Part shown: piece by piece, positions 27,604-37,969 of the stretch | Numbering within the stretch: the first letter of the stretch is position 1 | Layout: each line of letters opens with the position of its first letter | Virus record (IMG/VR): IMGVR_UViG_3300036985_006248 | Span: 96,001 to 160,000 of that record | Reading direction: 5' to 3' (one strand) | DNA length: 64,000 nt | Source of the DNA: a virus | Program-made: the position numbers and the translations under genes | The notes under the pieces: model-generated | Seen by the model: only the letters and a program-made list of their open reading frames with translations | Told to the model about the DNA's origin: nothing | The model's database searches: none

Positions 27604-28314
27604 TTACTTGATTCTTAATTCATTATATGCTTTGATTGTTTCTGGAAAAAGATCTTCAGATATCTTTAAGCATGCATTCGCTACTTGTGTTATTTCCCAT
27701 TGCGCGCCTTCATGAGAACGCAGTTCAATAAACTTGAATAAATTATTTAAGTTGACTGTCCCATAATATTCAGTATATAAGTTCTGCGGCAATACTCCCC
27801 GTGCCTGTTCTCGACAAACACCTGCTTTCATTAAATCTTCATATAGCTCAACTGACTGCCGATTGTGGTAAACCACCAACTCGTTAGCATACATCCCGAG
27901 ATTTTTGTTTCCTTCCAAAATGATTGGGTTAACAAGCTGTTGTGAGTTGCTAGCCTGCCGGTTGTTGGCGTGTTGAGTACGAAAAGACTTTGGTTCATAG
28001 AATTGCAGGTTTTCATCAGTATAACGACGAGAAATTTCGTTATAGCTCCAAGTGCGGTGCCTGTGATGCTGTGAACGAATAAACAACGGAACAACAAACT
28101 TGAAAGTAATCAAGTTGTGCTCAAGAGTTGAAGTGTGTCGATGTTTGATGAGATATCGAATAAGCTTTTTATCTTTTTCATCAAGAGCATTGTCATTATC
28201 TTGACCAAAACTAACTCGCGCACTGTTCACAATTTTTTTATCATTTCCCATATGCTCAACATATTGTACTCTACCGATGTTGTCGCCATATAAATAGATT
28301 GTATCGTTTATCAT
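27604..28314 (-). CDS. thyX: FAD-dependent thymidylate synthase ThyX
   Basis: RHRTWSYNEISRRY, EQARGVLP, ELRSHEGAQWEI. Confidence 0.95.
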   Translation of the reverse strand: MINDTIYLYGDNIGRVQYVEHMGNDKKIVNSARVSFGQDNDNALDEKDKKLIRYLIKHRHTSTLEHNLITFKFVVPLFIRSQHHRHRTWSYNEISRRYTDENLQFYEPKSFRTQHANNRQASNSQQLVNPIILEGNKNLGMYANELVVYHNRQSVELYEDLMKAGVCREQARGVLPQNLYTEYYGTVNLNNLFKFIELRSHEGAQWEITQVANACLKISEDLFPETIKAYNELRIK

Positions 28315-28589
28315 CGATAGAATACTCCATATATTGCCGCTTCTGGCACAAGCAGGTAAACATTACCAAAAGCCTTTATTTCTTCAACCATGTTAGCTGG
28401 AACTAAAACGAGATTATTAACTGAATCGACATAAGGAGATCCGCTTGACGCAGCAAGCAGCCTTACAACTTTGTGAAGTTCTTTAGTCTTGTAGTCGTCT
28501 GGCAGAATGAAGCCAGAGGATTGACCCTCTGGCTTTTTTTCTTCTACCATTTCGACCAAGAGATACTTATTTTTTGGACGAAATTGCAT
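28311..28589 (-). CDS. groES: Co-chaperonin GroES-like
   Basis: FRPKNKYLLVE...SSGFILPD...YLLVPEAAIYG. Confidence 0.75.
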   Translation of the reverse strand: MQFRPKNKYLLVEMVEEKKPEGQSSGFILPDDYKTKELHKVVRLLAASSGSPYVDSVNNLVLVPANMVEEIKAFGNVYLLVPEAAIYGVFYR

Positions 28590-28602
28590 TTTATATCCTT
28601 CT

Positions 28603-28863
28603 TTACTTGACTTTATTAAACATGTCTACAAACTTATCAATGTCGAGGTCACCATGCTTGGCGAAGTTATAAGCCTTGGACACATACTTCATATCTTCCT
28701 TCGACAGCCAATCATTCTCAACATAATTCTTCTTCAAATCAGTCTTCTGCTCCTTAAAAGGTTGCATAGCCTGCTCAACAGCAGCAATAGCACGAACAAA
28801 ATCCTTAATACGTTCTTCCTTGGACTTCGGCTTATCTGTTACATTATCAACGCTGTATGACAT
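28603..28863 (-). CDS. Putative dsDNA-binding protein (T4 DsbA / GapR-like)
   Basis: Size and helical pattern RIKDFVRAI...KEQKTDLK. Confidence 0.45.
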   Translation of the reverse strand: MSYSVDNVTDKPKSKEERIKDFVRAIAAVEQAMQPFKEQKTDLKKNYVENDWLSKEDMKYVSKAYNFAKHGDLDIDKFVDMFNKVK

Positions 28864-28873
28864 AGTGTTTTCC

Positions 28874-29116
28874 TTATGGGGTTATATGCTTCTGAATTTC
28901 TCCAGAAAGTTCGTTGTACTTCTCCTCTAATGTACCATGTGCTTCTGCTTCTTGCAACAGATCTAAATCTATTTTAATTCCCACTTCTTTATTATCCACT
29001 AGGAGCTTACGGAAGAAAACAAAGTCATCGGGCGAATAATAAGTTTCATATGAAAATCTTACAGTGTGTTTAGAACGTTTTGATAATTCATTTTCTAATA
29101 CTTTTTGATTAAACAT
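28874..29116 (-). CDS. Hypothetical protein
   Basis: GGAG RBS before MFNQK. Confidence 0.5.
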   Translation of the reverse strand: MFNQKVLENELSKRSKHTVRFSYETYYSPDDFVFFRKLLVDNKEVGIKIDLDLLQEAEAHGTLEEKYNELSGEIQKHITP

Positions 29117-29224
29117 AGAACTCTCCAAAATAAAACAGCACTACGGTATTGTTGTACCATAGTGCTGCTCACCAGTTAAGGAGAAATAATATTAGCTTTT
29201 CTTTTTGCGATTACTGGTTCAGAC

Positions 29225-29473
29225 TTATTCTTCTTCTTCCGACTCATTCATATCGTCTGCTGCTTCTCTGTCAGCGCGGTAATCGTTATCTTCATGGTCA
29301 GAATCTGGGTTGCTTGGTGTTTTTGTCCCATAAGTTGCCGATACTTTCTTCCCGTAACGCATTTTTACTGGCTTCTTTGAAGGAACGGGCGCTTGTTCTT
29401 TTTCGCTTTCCTCGATGGCTTTTTGCATTTCTTCTTTAATAAGGTTCTTCAAATAGTCTTTTGTAACTTTCAT
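29225..29473 (-). CDS. Small acidic protein with leader motif
   Basis: MKVTKDYLKNLIKEE. Confidence 0.55.
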   Translation of the reverse strand: MKVTKDYLKNLIKEEMQKAIEESEKEQAPVPSKKPVKMRYGKKVSATYGTKTPSNPDSDHEDNDYRADREAADDMNESEEEE

Positions 29474-29497
29474 TTTTTTATTTTCCTTTGTTATTTC

Positions 29498-32341
29498 TTA
29501 ATAACACTTACTCCACCCACAACCGTCCTTACAAGTAGCACATCCATCTTGATATACTAATTTGCTATTGCATTCTGGACAGTTGGAAGTTGAACCTGTA
29601 ACTTCTTCGCCTTCTTTAATATATAGTTTTAACACCCTTGCAACTGCCTTACTAAATGTAGTCATACTTGTTGTTTCGCTCTTTAAAATTTGCTCTACAA
29701 CAAATTTGACATCAGCACCATGACGTAATGAAAGAGATACCAAGCGAGTTAAGTCAGAATATTGTGTATTCTCAAATGCTTCCTTAATATCTACTGCTTC
29801 GACAGCTATATCATCAACCTGCAATAGATAATGACCTGATTTTTTCTTTATGATTTCGCCAATTTTTATATTTGTGGGAATCTCAATCTTATCAGCTAAT
29901 CCACCAAATACTTCGTATGGCTTACCATCGAATAACCCAACAAGGATTAACCACTTTTCACCCTTGACTGATACATGATGTATACCACAATTCAATGATT
30001 GCTTGCGCTTAATAGCCGCGTGTTGCTTAAAAGTATCTTTTTTAGTTTCTGTCGTTATGAGAACACCATCACGGCTGCCATCTACATATACTGTGATTCC
30101 CTTAAGACCCAAACGCCATCCATTCATATACAATTCACCAACAACTTCTGGTGTGGTTCCCTTTGGTAGATTAATGGTAGAAGAAATTGAATGGTCGATA
30201 TATTTTTGTATAGTTGCTTGTATTCTTACTCTGTTTTGCCAATTGATATTGTCGCTCTCTACGAAAAAATCAGGAGTTATATCTGTGTTGGCAAATTTCA
30301 AATATTCTTGAACGTTCTTATGATAAACCTTGAAGTTTATCCATCGATCTCCCATGTCATCAACAAAATCTGGCTTTGTATCTTGCTCAGAATGGTCGAG
30401 TTTTCTGCGACGGGTATAAGAATTCTTAAAAACTGGCTCTATGCCAGAAGACGTTTGCGATTCAATAGACACTGAACCAGTGGGCGCATTTGTCAAAAGA
30501 GCGATGTTTCTACGTCCAGCTTTTGCCATCTTTTCTTTAATTTCTTCTGGAAGGCGCTGAATAAAATCATTATTCTTTTCCAACTCCCAATCAAAGATTG
30601 GAAAGGCTCCCCGCTCTTCAGCTAAATCAACGCTAGTCGAATAGGCAGCGTCACGGAAACAGTTATAGATTTTATCTATTAAGGCAATTCCCTCTTCGGA
30701 ATCATAGCGTATTCCGCATCGTGCAACAGCATCAGCCAAACCATGAGTTCCTAAACCAGTTCGACGGCCATTTCGGCATGCATTCAGTAATTTATTCCAA
30801 AGTTCTTTCTCGCTTTCTGTGTCACATAAATTGATTATATTAACCAGTTTTTCAATTTCTAAATCAATTAAATCATCCGATAGGCGCATTGCCATTTTCG
30901 TTACTCGCTCTAACTTTTCCATATCCATCTGAGCATCTTTAGTAAAAGCATTTGTTACTAAGTGTTTCAGATTTATACTTATCAAGCGACAGCTATCGTA
31001 AGCAGAGAGGGGAATTTCTCCACAGTTTTTTACACAGAAACCCGAAGTAACAACTCCCTTTTCATCACTTACTTTGGTTATAACATGATAATTGTGATTG
31101 TCATCGACTGTTATATTATATACGTCCTCTTGCCCAACATATTCTACAGAAACCACTTTATGGATATTCGATTCAAAAGAATTAAATGGATAAAGGCTGT
31201 CACCGGGCTTTAAATCTTTTAATTGAGTGTAAGACAAATCTCTCTTTAAAATGCGGTGGTCGGGTGTCGCTCTAAATGTGGAACCGTCATCGAGAGTTAA
31301 TTTCCAGATTTCCTTTGCTTGACCTGTCAAACGAGGATTTCTACCCATCTTTATTTCCACTTGTCCTGATACTAAATTAGTAGAATAAACAGGAACATCT
31401 TTTCCCTCTTTAGTGAGTTGTCCGATTGAGACATAATTTCGTCCATCTGCGACGGCAATCAAAGTATCACTTGTTATGCAAGGGTTCGTGGTAAGAGTCT
31501 TAAATGATGGATAGCAGTGTGCAGGAAGATTATTAATGATATTATCCCACATCAACAAACCCGGCTCTGCTGATTTAGTAGCAGAGTTGATTATTACATT
31601 CCATAGGTCTTTAGCCTTAATGGTCTTAGTAAAAGTAGGAGCGGTTGAACCAACGGGATAGTGCAAGACAAAATCTGAATCTGTCTCAACAGCTTTCATA
31701 AAGTCATCAGTTACACGGATAGAGACATTAGCACCAGTAACTTTCTTTAAATCCTGCTTCATAAGCGCAAACTTCTCTACGTCTGGGTGCCGAACATCGA
31801 TGGAAATCATCAATGCTCCACGACGACCGTTTTGTCCTATCATACGGCAGACATAAGAATAGAAATCCGCAAAGGACCATGCACCTGTAGTAGTGCCTGC
31901 ACTATTATTAACCTTGGCGTTTTCTGGGCGTAATGTCGTTATGTCTACACCAACGCCGCAACGACGCTTGAATAAGTTAGCTAAATCTTTCCCAGCATCC
32001 ATAATGGAAGTGACATTATCTGCTGGATTGTCTACAACTACACAGTTACTCAAAGAAGAAAGAGAATAATTATTTCCAATACCATACATTGGTGAGCCTT
32101 GTGGCACCACCCATTTAAAATCTTTAAAAAGATTAAAGATTTCTTCTTCGGAAATAGGGTTAGGATATTTTTTTTCAATACGTGCAAACTCCTTAGCCAA
32201 CCGACGATGCATATCATCAGGAGTTAATTCAAGAAAGCCTTCATCATTCTTTAAGGCATATTTAAAAAATACGTTTGTGGCAAGTTCGTCATCATTAAAA
32301 TATTTCTTCGTGGCTTCCAATACTTGTTCTTTTTTGTACAT
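29498..32341 (-). CDS. nrdJ: Class II (B12-dependent) ribonucleotide reductase, intein-containing
   Basis: SNCVV, GRRGALM, TNP|CGE, APTGS, C-terminal zinc ribbon and CGWSKC-like tail; no NrdB nearby. Confidence 0.9.
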   Translation of the reverse strand: MYKKEQVLEATKKYFNDDELATNVFFKYALKNDEGFLELTPDDMHRRLAKEFARIEKKYPNPISEEEIFNLFKDFKWVVPQGSPMYGIGNNYSLSSLSNCVVVDNPADNVTSIMDAGKDLANLFKRRCGVGVDITTLRPENAKVNNSAGTTTGAWSFADFYSYVCRMIGQNGRRGALMISIDVRHPDVEKFALMKQDLKKVTGANVSIRVTDDFMKAVETDSDFVLHYPVGSTAPTFTKTIKAKDLWNVIINSATKSAEPGLLMWDNIINNLPAHCYPSFKTLTTNPCITSDTLIAVADGRNYVSIGQLTKEGKDVPVYSTNLVSGQVEIKMGRNPRLTGQAKEIWKLTLDDGSTFRATPDHRILKRDLSYTQLKDLKPGDSLYPFNSFESNIHKVVSVEYVGQEDVYNITVDDNHNYHVITKVSDEKGVVTSGFCVKNCGEIPLSAYDSCRLISINLKHLVTNAFTKDAQMDMEKLERVTKMAMRLSDDLIDLEIEKLVNIINLCDTESEKELWNKLLNACRNGRRTGLGTHGLADAVARCGIRYDSEEGIALIDKIYNCFRDAAYSTSVDLAEERGAFPIFDWELEKNNDFIQRLPEEIKEKMAKAGRRNIALLTNAPTGSVSIESQTSSGIEPVFKNSYTRRRKLDHSEQDTKPDFVDDMGDRWINFKVYHKNVQEYLKFANTDITPDFFVESDNINWQNRVRIQATIQKYIDHSISSTINLPKGTTPEVVGELYMNGWRLGLKGITVYVDGSRDGVLITTETKKDTFKQHAAIKRKQSLNCGIHHVSVKGEKWLILVGLFDGKPYEVFGGLADKIEIPTNIKIGEIIKKKSGHYLLQVDDIAVEAVDIKEAFENTQYSDLTRLVSLSLRHGADVKFVVEQILKSETTSMTTFSKAVARVLKLYIKEGEEVTGSTSNCPECNSKLVYQDGCATCKDGCGWSKCY
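31025..31480 (-). mobile_element. Mini-intein (152 aa) in RNR active-site NPC motif
   Basis: Begins CITSDT, block B ATPDHRIL, block F VYNITV, ends VKN followed by C. Confidence 0.9.
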
Positions 32342-32350
32342 AAACTTCCT

Positions 32351-32605
32351 TTATTGATTGATAAATGTCTTAAGCTTTTCTAAAGCTGCGCCACCACTCA
32401 TGCGCGCTACTTCTTTTTCATCCTTTAATAAAACAAAAGTAGGTACAGCACGAACATCAAATTTTTCTGCTAACCATGACTGCTCATCAACATCGACAAG
32501 CTGGTATTCTACATCATTTGTAGATTCCTTTAAGGAATTAAAAGTGGGTTTTGTACGTTGGCATGGACTACACCATTGGGCACTGAACATTATTACTTTT
32601 TTCAT
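32351..32605 (-). CDS. trxA: Thioredoxin
   Basis: WCSPC, AVPTF. Confidence 0.9.
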   Translation of the reverse strand: MKKVIMFSAQWCSPCQRTKPTFNSLKESTNDVEYQLVDVDEQSWLAEKFDVRAVPTFVLLKDEKEVARMSGGAALEKLKTFINQ

Positions 32606-33999
32606 GCTGTTTTTTCCTTTTTATATGAAGCATATTTTTGCTTCAGGTTCTGTTCTTGCTTTTTTGTTGCTTTTTCAATTAGTTCAGTCGCGCTCTCTAA
32701 ACTCTGTGAGAGAACTTTAATCTTTACATTGGCCGTATCCATGAAAATAGGGAAAACAATTCCATCGGGACCATTACGATTTTTAGCTACGAATAAACGT
32801 CCTTCGTTTGTATTCTTATCTTTGATTGTTCTGGAAATGGTAAAGATGAGGTCAGCTACGAAGCACTTATTAAATGCCTCGCTGATACTCTCCATTGTGA
32901 TTACTTCGGCGTTTAAGCCGCTTCTGTTTGTTTGAGAAGCGGTCCACAATGAACAAGCATGTATCTGAGCTATGCCACGTAATTCTTCATAAATACTCTC
33001 CAGTTCATTGCGCTTTTCTTTCTGTAAATTGACAGGTCTAAGTAGGTCGCCGTAGTCTACAATGACCATATCAATTTTAAAATCTTTACGTTTTAATTTC
33101 TCAAGATGCATCTTAATTGTGTTGGTGCTTGCGGACTTAGTGGGATACTCTTTAATAATAAGCTTTCCTTTAACATCTTTGATACCTTCCCAAACAAGTT
33201 GCTTCTGTTCTTTTACATCATTAAGACCAATACCAGTGATGCATGAGTCATAACGCAAGGCTACTACCTTATCCTGTAATTCTAATGTATAATGCACAAC
33301 GTTAAGGCCAGCACTAAGTGCCATAGCTCCTAAATGGACAAGAGCCATACTCTTGCCAGCACCCGTTGGCGCAATAACTACGCCAAGTTCCCCGCGCCCC
33401 AAACCACCCTTGGAAACACCATCGATAAGCTCCCACCCTGTAGAAATAGGGTTGCGTGCCTTTAACTCAAAGCGTTTTTCAAAGTCAACGATAAAATCGT
33501 ATCCGTGGTTATTATCGGTACCAAGTTTAAGGGCATCATTGATAATCTTGGAGATTTCATCATAAGAAGATATCTGAATAAGACCTACGCTCTTAATCAT
33601 TGCTTCCTTAAGCTTCTGCTTTTTACAGAAGTCAAGGGAAATGTCCTTAATGTGTTGCTCACCCTCAAGACTGAATTCGCTGGAGATAACACGCGCAAAA
33701 AATTCACGTACCTGCTTTTGTAAAAGCTCATTCTCCTTATCGATCTCTGTTCTTAAAATGGTCGTGATTGTATCGCGAGACGGATGCGTGCCATACTTCT
33801 TTCGGTATTCAAATATCTTCTCTACGAAAATTCGTAGATACTTTAATTCAAGAAAATTCGTGTCTAATACTTCACTGATTTGGTCGCAGAATACGCGGTC
33901 ATCAAGTATCAGTTGTACAAGATTCTCTTGAAAAGTTTTACCATATCTTTCAAAGGTAGGACTCTCATTAATAAAGTTATTATTTTGGTTTCCGCTCAT
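32602..33999 (-). CDS. Replicative DnaB/gp41-like helicase
   Basis: Walker A APTGAGKS, VDYGD, TASQTNR, KNRNG. Confidence 0.9.
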   Translation of the reverse strand: MSGNQNNNFINESPTFERYGKTFQENLVQLILDDRVFCDQISEVLDTNFLELKYLRIFVEKIFEYRKKYGTHPSRDTITTILRTEIDKENELLQKQVREFFARVISSEFSLEGEQHIKDISLDFCKKQKLKEAMIKSVGLIQISSYDEISKIINDALKLGTDNNHGYDFIVDFEKRFELKARNPISTGWELIDGVSKGGLGRGELGVVIAPTGAGKSMALVHLGAMALSAGLNVVHYTLELQDKVVALRYDSCITGIGLNDVKEQKQLVWEGIKDVKGKLIIKEYPTKSASTNTIKMHLEKLKRKDFKIDMVIVDYGDLLRPVNLQKEKRNELESIYEELRGIAQIHACSLWTASQTNRSGLNAEVITMESISEAFNKCFVADLIFTISRTIKDKNTNEGRLFVAKNRNGPDGIVFPIFMDTANVKIKVLSQSLESATELIEKATKKQEQNLKQKYASYKKEKTA

Positions 34000-34051
34000 T
34001 TTATTCCTCGGTTATCTTATAAAAACGAATCTGTACAGCTTACACTAAAAA

Positions 34052-35026
34052 TTAACAGTTTTCAATGACTATCTTATTCATGTGTGCGTACATTTCTTCG
34101 AAATTCGTTTCTCCAAATCCATCCTTTAACATCATGGTCACTAATTCAGTCTTATTGAATGTACATTCGCTATTTTCAAGCGCATAATTGACCTTCTGCA
34201 TATCTTGAATGGACATGTTTGGAATAGCTAATTGCATAATTTTATAGTTCTCTTTGATTAGCTCTTTATTCGCCTCAATGGTAGAATAGAGCTTAACCTT
34301 TGAATCTATACTTTTACAATAATTAAATATTTCATCAAGCATAAAAGTCTTTTCCTCCTTGAGTTGAGGAAGACGCTTTGCGATAGTGGCTAATCCTGCC
34401 CCACCAACCCCTGATAAGTTATCACTGGCGTCTCCAGCAATAGAACGCGCAAGACAGAAATTTGTAGGATGAATGCCATATTCTTCCACTATACGTTTGG
34501 TGTTTAAAATTTCTTCTTTCACGGGACGATATAAAATAGTATTATCGTTACATAATTGGATAAAGTCTTTATCATTAGACACTATGATTTTGTTATAGTC
34601 CTTTAAACTATTGTGCTGGCAAATGGCCGAAATAATATCATCGGCTTCCACAGCATCCAATAGCAATTGAATAATAGGAAAATTATTCAAGTATTCTACC
34701 ACTCTTGTCATTTGCCAGATTTTGTTTTCTAACTCTTGGTTCTCATTCAAGCTACGAACATTGCGGTTAAGACGAAATGGTTTACGCCCTTCTTTATAGT
34801 TCTTGTTTATTGCACGACGCTTTGAAGATCCACCCTTACCGTCCCATGCAAAAACAATTCGATTAGGTTTAATTTCCCGACAGAGCTTTTGTAGACTCTT
34901 TATGGTGCCAAAGATGCCGCCGATTGGGTCACCTTTATTTGAAATAGCCGGATTCACTACGTAATTGCGTATGTAAAGGTTGTTTCCGTCAATTACCAAT
35001 ACCCGCTTTTTGTCATTACTCATCAT
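34052..35026 (-). CDS. 5'-3' exonuclease / T4 RNase H-like flap endonuclease
   Basis: IDGNN, YKEGR, EADDII, SNDKDF, GDASDN. Confidence 0.9.
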   Translation of the reverse strand: MMSNDKKRVLVIDGNNLYIRNYVVNPAISNKGDPIGGIFGTIKSLQKLCREIKPNRIVFAWDGKGGSSKRRAINKNYKEGRKPFRLNRNVRSLNENQELENKIWQMTRVVEYLNNFPIIQLLLDAVEADDIISAICQHNSLKDYNKIIVSNDKDFIQLCNDNTILYRPVKEEILNTKRIVEEYGIHPTNFCLARSIAGDASDNLSGVGGAGLATIAKRLPQLKEEKTFMLDEIFNYCKSIDSKVKLYSTIEANKELIKENYKIMQLAIPNMSIQDMQKVNYALENSECTFNKTELVTMMLKDGFGETNFEEMYAHMNKIVIENC

Positions 35027-35032
35027 TATTCC

Positions 35033-35431
35033 TCAAAGTTTATAAGTACCAATAACTTCATTGTCAACGGTATAAAATACCTTATCAATGCCATATTCAA
35101 CCATTACGGCATGACACATACTACAGGGTTTGCTCATACGTCCCTCTTTGCCGTCCTTAGAGCAGCGAGCGACATACATGACAGAGCCTTTGGTGACGCG
35201 ATGAGAAATATTCAGTAATGCTCTGATTTCTGCGTGATAGGTTGGCGTGCCCTTCTCTTCCGAACGATAATTTTTGCCAACAGAGCAGTATCTCTCTGAA
35301 TTGACGCCAAGACCAATAATTGCACCACCACGAACAAGAACAGCACCATGTCTAAAGTTACCATAAGTAGAATTCCCAGCCAGCTTTTTAGCTAACTGAA
35401 AGATACCTCCGAGTTTTCTTTGAAGTATCAT
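35033..35431 (-). CDS. Zn-dependent (d)CMP deaminase-like protein
   Basis: HAE and PCSMC motifs. Confidence 0.8.
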   Translation of the reverse strand: MILQRKLGGIFQLAKKLAGNSTYGNFRHGAVLVRGGAIIGLGVNSERYCSVGKNYRSEEKGTPTYHAEIRALLNISHRVTKGSVMYVARCSKDGKEGRMSKPCSMCHAVMVEYGIDKVFYTVDNEVIGTYKL

Positions 35432-35548
35432 AACAAGACATTACGCTATCGCTAATAAAGCTATGCTTCTTCTCGTAAGAGCTAACCGTTTCCATGTGCT
35501 TCTCCTTCTCCTTTGTTTATCTACTCAGGTATAGTAACACGACTATTG

Positions 35549-35746
35549 CTAGTCATCTACATCATTTAATAAAATTAAATTGCGTACCTGTATTGTGATA
35601 ATCCAGTCGTTTTTTAAAAATTCGACTTTCGCAGAATTTCCTACGTTAAGAACTTCTGTTATTATTCCCAAATATTCTTCTGTAGAAGGCTCACCGTGAC
35701 CTCCCATCTTCCAAGATACTAATTGTCCAATTTTAGCTTTAAACAT
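35549..35746 (-). CDS. Hypothetical SH3-like protein
   Basis: KIGQLV...GIITEV. Confidence 0.45.
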   Translation of the reverse strand: MFKAKIGQLVSWKMGGHGEPSTEEYLGIITEVLNVGNSAKVEFLKNDWIITIQVRNLILLNDVDD

Positions 35747-36668
35747 TAATATTGTGTTGCTCTCGCATTTTTATCAATGCGAAATTTTTCATTTTTGCTT
35801 CTATATCGACATCAATGGTATTATCTCGCATATGCTGCAATTGTAATTCGGGAATATACCGAATATATTTCGAATGGCTGCGCCTTTCGGTGAAAGAGCC
35901 ATTTTCCATACCTTCTTCTGTGTTGGAAATATGCTGCAAGGGCTTTATATTACCCCATGACTTCATAGTTTGCAAAAATGCTTCATTAAAAGATATATCA
36001 TTACTATTAAAATTGTAGTGGTGACTGTCAAGAACAACTGGCACACCAGTTTTTTGATAGACCTCCAATAACTGTTTAACATTATAACACCTCTCGTCAT
36101 TTTCAAACGTTAGACGCTTTTTAACGTTATCTGGGAGCTTATTTGTCACCTCAACCAGCATGTCTAGTTTGCCACGTTTTCCACCATGAATATTAATAGC
36201 ATAATATGGTGAATGAGCAAGCCCCATCATATCAAAAACCCATGCATGATATTCTAATTCACGAATGGAATTTTGAATAACGCGGTCAGAATCACTATTA
36301 ATAATGGTGAATTGGCCGGGGTGAGTGGTTATGCGAACATCGTTATCAATAAATAGTTTGCCAAGTTTGGCAAGCTTATCAATAAGTATATTATCATTTT
36401 TTGCTAAATTACCAGCAAAATCAAAAAGTGGAAATATAGAACTAGATATCCGAAAAGATTTAATATTTTTTTCAATCAATTTTGGGAAGAAATCAATATG
36501 GGTTTGAACATTATTTTGGTAAGTATCAATAATACGCTGTTCTGAATATTTTCCTTCCTTGTAGGCACCAAGTTGCAAATTCTTTTCATCAATAACATTT
36601 TCATACACAATGGTGTTGTCGCGCTTTTTACGCGGGTGAAGAAATTGGCAGCAAACAGACAATGACAT
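35739..36668 (-). CDS. uvsE: UV-damage endonuclease UvsE/UVDE
   Basis: FRISS, HPGQF, INIHGG, ENDE, DSHH, EAKMK; start at 36668 after AGGAG. Confidence 0.88.
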   Translation of the reverse strand: MSLSVCCQFLHPRKKRDNTIVYENVIDEKNLQLGAYKEGKYSEQRIIDTYQNNVQTHIDFFPKLIEKNIKSFRISSSIFPLFDFAGNLAKNDNILIDKLAKLGKLFIDNDVRITTHPGQFTIINSDSDRVIQNSIRELEYHAWVFDMMGLAHSPYYAINIHGGKRGKLDMLVEVTNKLPDNVKKRLTFENDERCYNVKQLLEVYQKTGVPVVLDSHHYNFNSNDISFNEAFLQTMKSWGNIKPLQHISNTEEGMENGSFTERRSHSKYIRYIPELQLQHMRDNTIDVDIEAKMKNFALIKMREQHNINV

Positions 36669-36741
36669 GTGTGAGACTCCTAAAAGAAAACCACTATAGC
36701 ATGTTACGCTATAGTGGTTCACTAGGCAAGGAAAGCTTTTA

Positions 36742-37893
36742 TTAATTAGTTTCTGGTGGGGTTTCTTCTTCCCCTTCAATATTATAGAAGTTTTTCGCAT
36801 CGCCTTCACGAGTATCAAATTTAACAATTACTTCTCGATCCATGATGCCATATACTGAATTTTTGAAAGCTTCTTCTTTCATCAAATCATTCCAACCAGA
36901 TTGCTGGAATTTCTTTGTTTGGCCATCGACATCCATTTCGTACCAAGCTCCAGATTGTTTAATGAATGGCTTGATAGCTTCAAAAATACTTTCGTTATCT
37001 AAGACTCCAACACTGCCACCCCACATAATACGAAATAAACATTCTCGACCAGCAGTTCCAAAGCGGGACTTTTCAAGTCTTGCCTTCACTTCACTACCAA
37101 TCTTATAACCGCGTTCATCAAGCACAAAGCTATCTTTGGCCTTGCGTCCTGTCAACCAAATGCGTAAGCTATATGAATAATTTAAGGCTTTGCCACCGGG
37201 AGTTGTGTACTTCTCACTGTCAGTTGCATACTTGGGATTCTGAACACTTAAGTTCGTTTTGAGCTGGTTTAGAATTAGTAATGTTGAGTGGCTATTTGCA
37301 ATAGGTTGAATTAGCTTTGATAATCCCTTTGCAAGAATTCTTGGTTTAACCGCCATGGATGACAAAGGATCAAAATCGCCTTCAATATCGGTCTTGCTGG
37401 GTGTTAATGCCATAGAGTCCCAGATAAACAACATCTTACTTTGATTATTCTTTAGCAAGTCTTCAATGCTTTCAAGTACATATTCTACACTCTCTGCCTG
37501 TACATAGAGAATTCTTGACATATCGCATCCTGCCATTCTCATAAATTCTGGATCTATGGCGCTCTCAGAGTCAAAATATACTACATCGATTCCCATCTTT
37601 TGAGCGTTAGCGGCAACTTGCGCTGCCATATAGCTTTTACCAGAGCCCTCTAGCCCAGCTAATTCCGTCACCTTACCAACAGGAATGCCAGCTAATTTAC
37701 CACGACAAATGATTGAGTCGAGCCACCGTGAGCCCGTTGGAATCCAATCCTTGACTTCAGTGGGATTTTCTTCTTGCAAATCAAATGCAACTTCTCTACC
37801 ACTCTTTTTATTTAATAAATCGCGTAATTGATTAATCGATACTTTTCCTGCTGTAACCGATTCTTTAGTTTTTTTTGTCACTTTTTCAACCAT
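36742..37893 (-). CDS. recA: RecA/UvsX recombinase
   Basis: GLEGSGKS, FDSE, WDS, LNQ, TTPGGKAL. Confidence 0.92.
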   Translation of the reverse strand: MVEKVTKKTKESVTAGKVSINQLRDLLNKKSGREVAFDLQEENPTEVKDWIPTGSRWLDSIICRGKLAGIPVGKVTELAGLEGSGKSYMAAQVAANAQKMGIDVVYFDSESAIDPEFMRMAGCDMSRILYVQAESVEYVLESIEDLLKNNQSKMLFIWDSMALTPSKTDIEGDFDPLSSMAVKPRILAKGLSKLIQPIANSHSTLLILNQLKTNLSVQNPKYATDSEKYTTPGGKALNYSYSLRIWLTGRKAKDSFVLDERGYKIGSEVKARLEKSRFGTAGRECLFRIMWGGSVGVLDNESIFEAIKPFIKQSGAWYEMDVDGQTKKFQQSGWNDLMKEEAFKNSVYGIMDREVIVKFDTREGDAKNFYNIEGEEETPPETN

Positions 37894-37916
37894 GGTATAT
37901 AGCTCCTAAAAAGTAA

Positions 37917-37944
37917 GAAGGGAGCAAGTTTCCTTGCTCCCTTC
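37917..37944 (-). terminator. Terminator-like hairpin
   Basis: 12-bp stem GAAGGGAGCAAG/CTTGCTCCCTTC with T-rich tail. Confidence 0.65.
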
Positions 37945-37969
37945 GTTATACTATACTCTAAGCTTGTTG

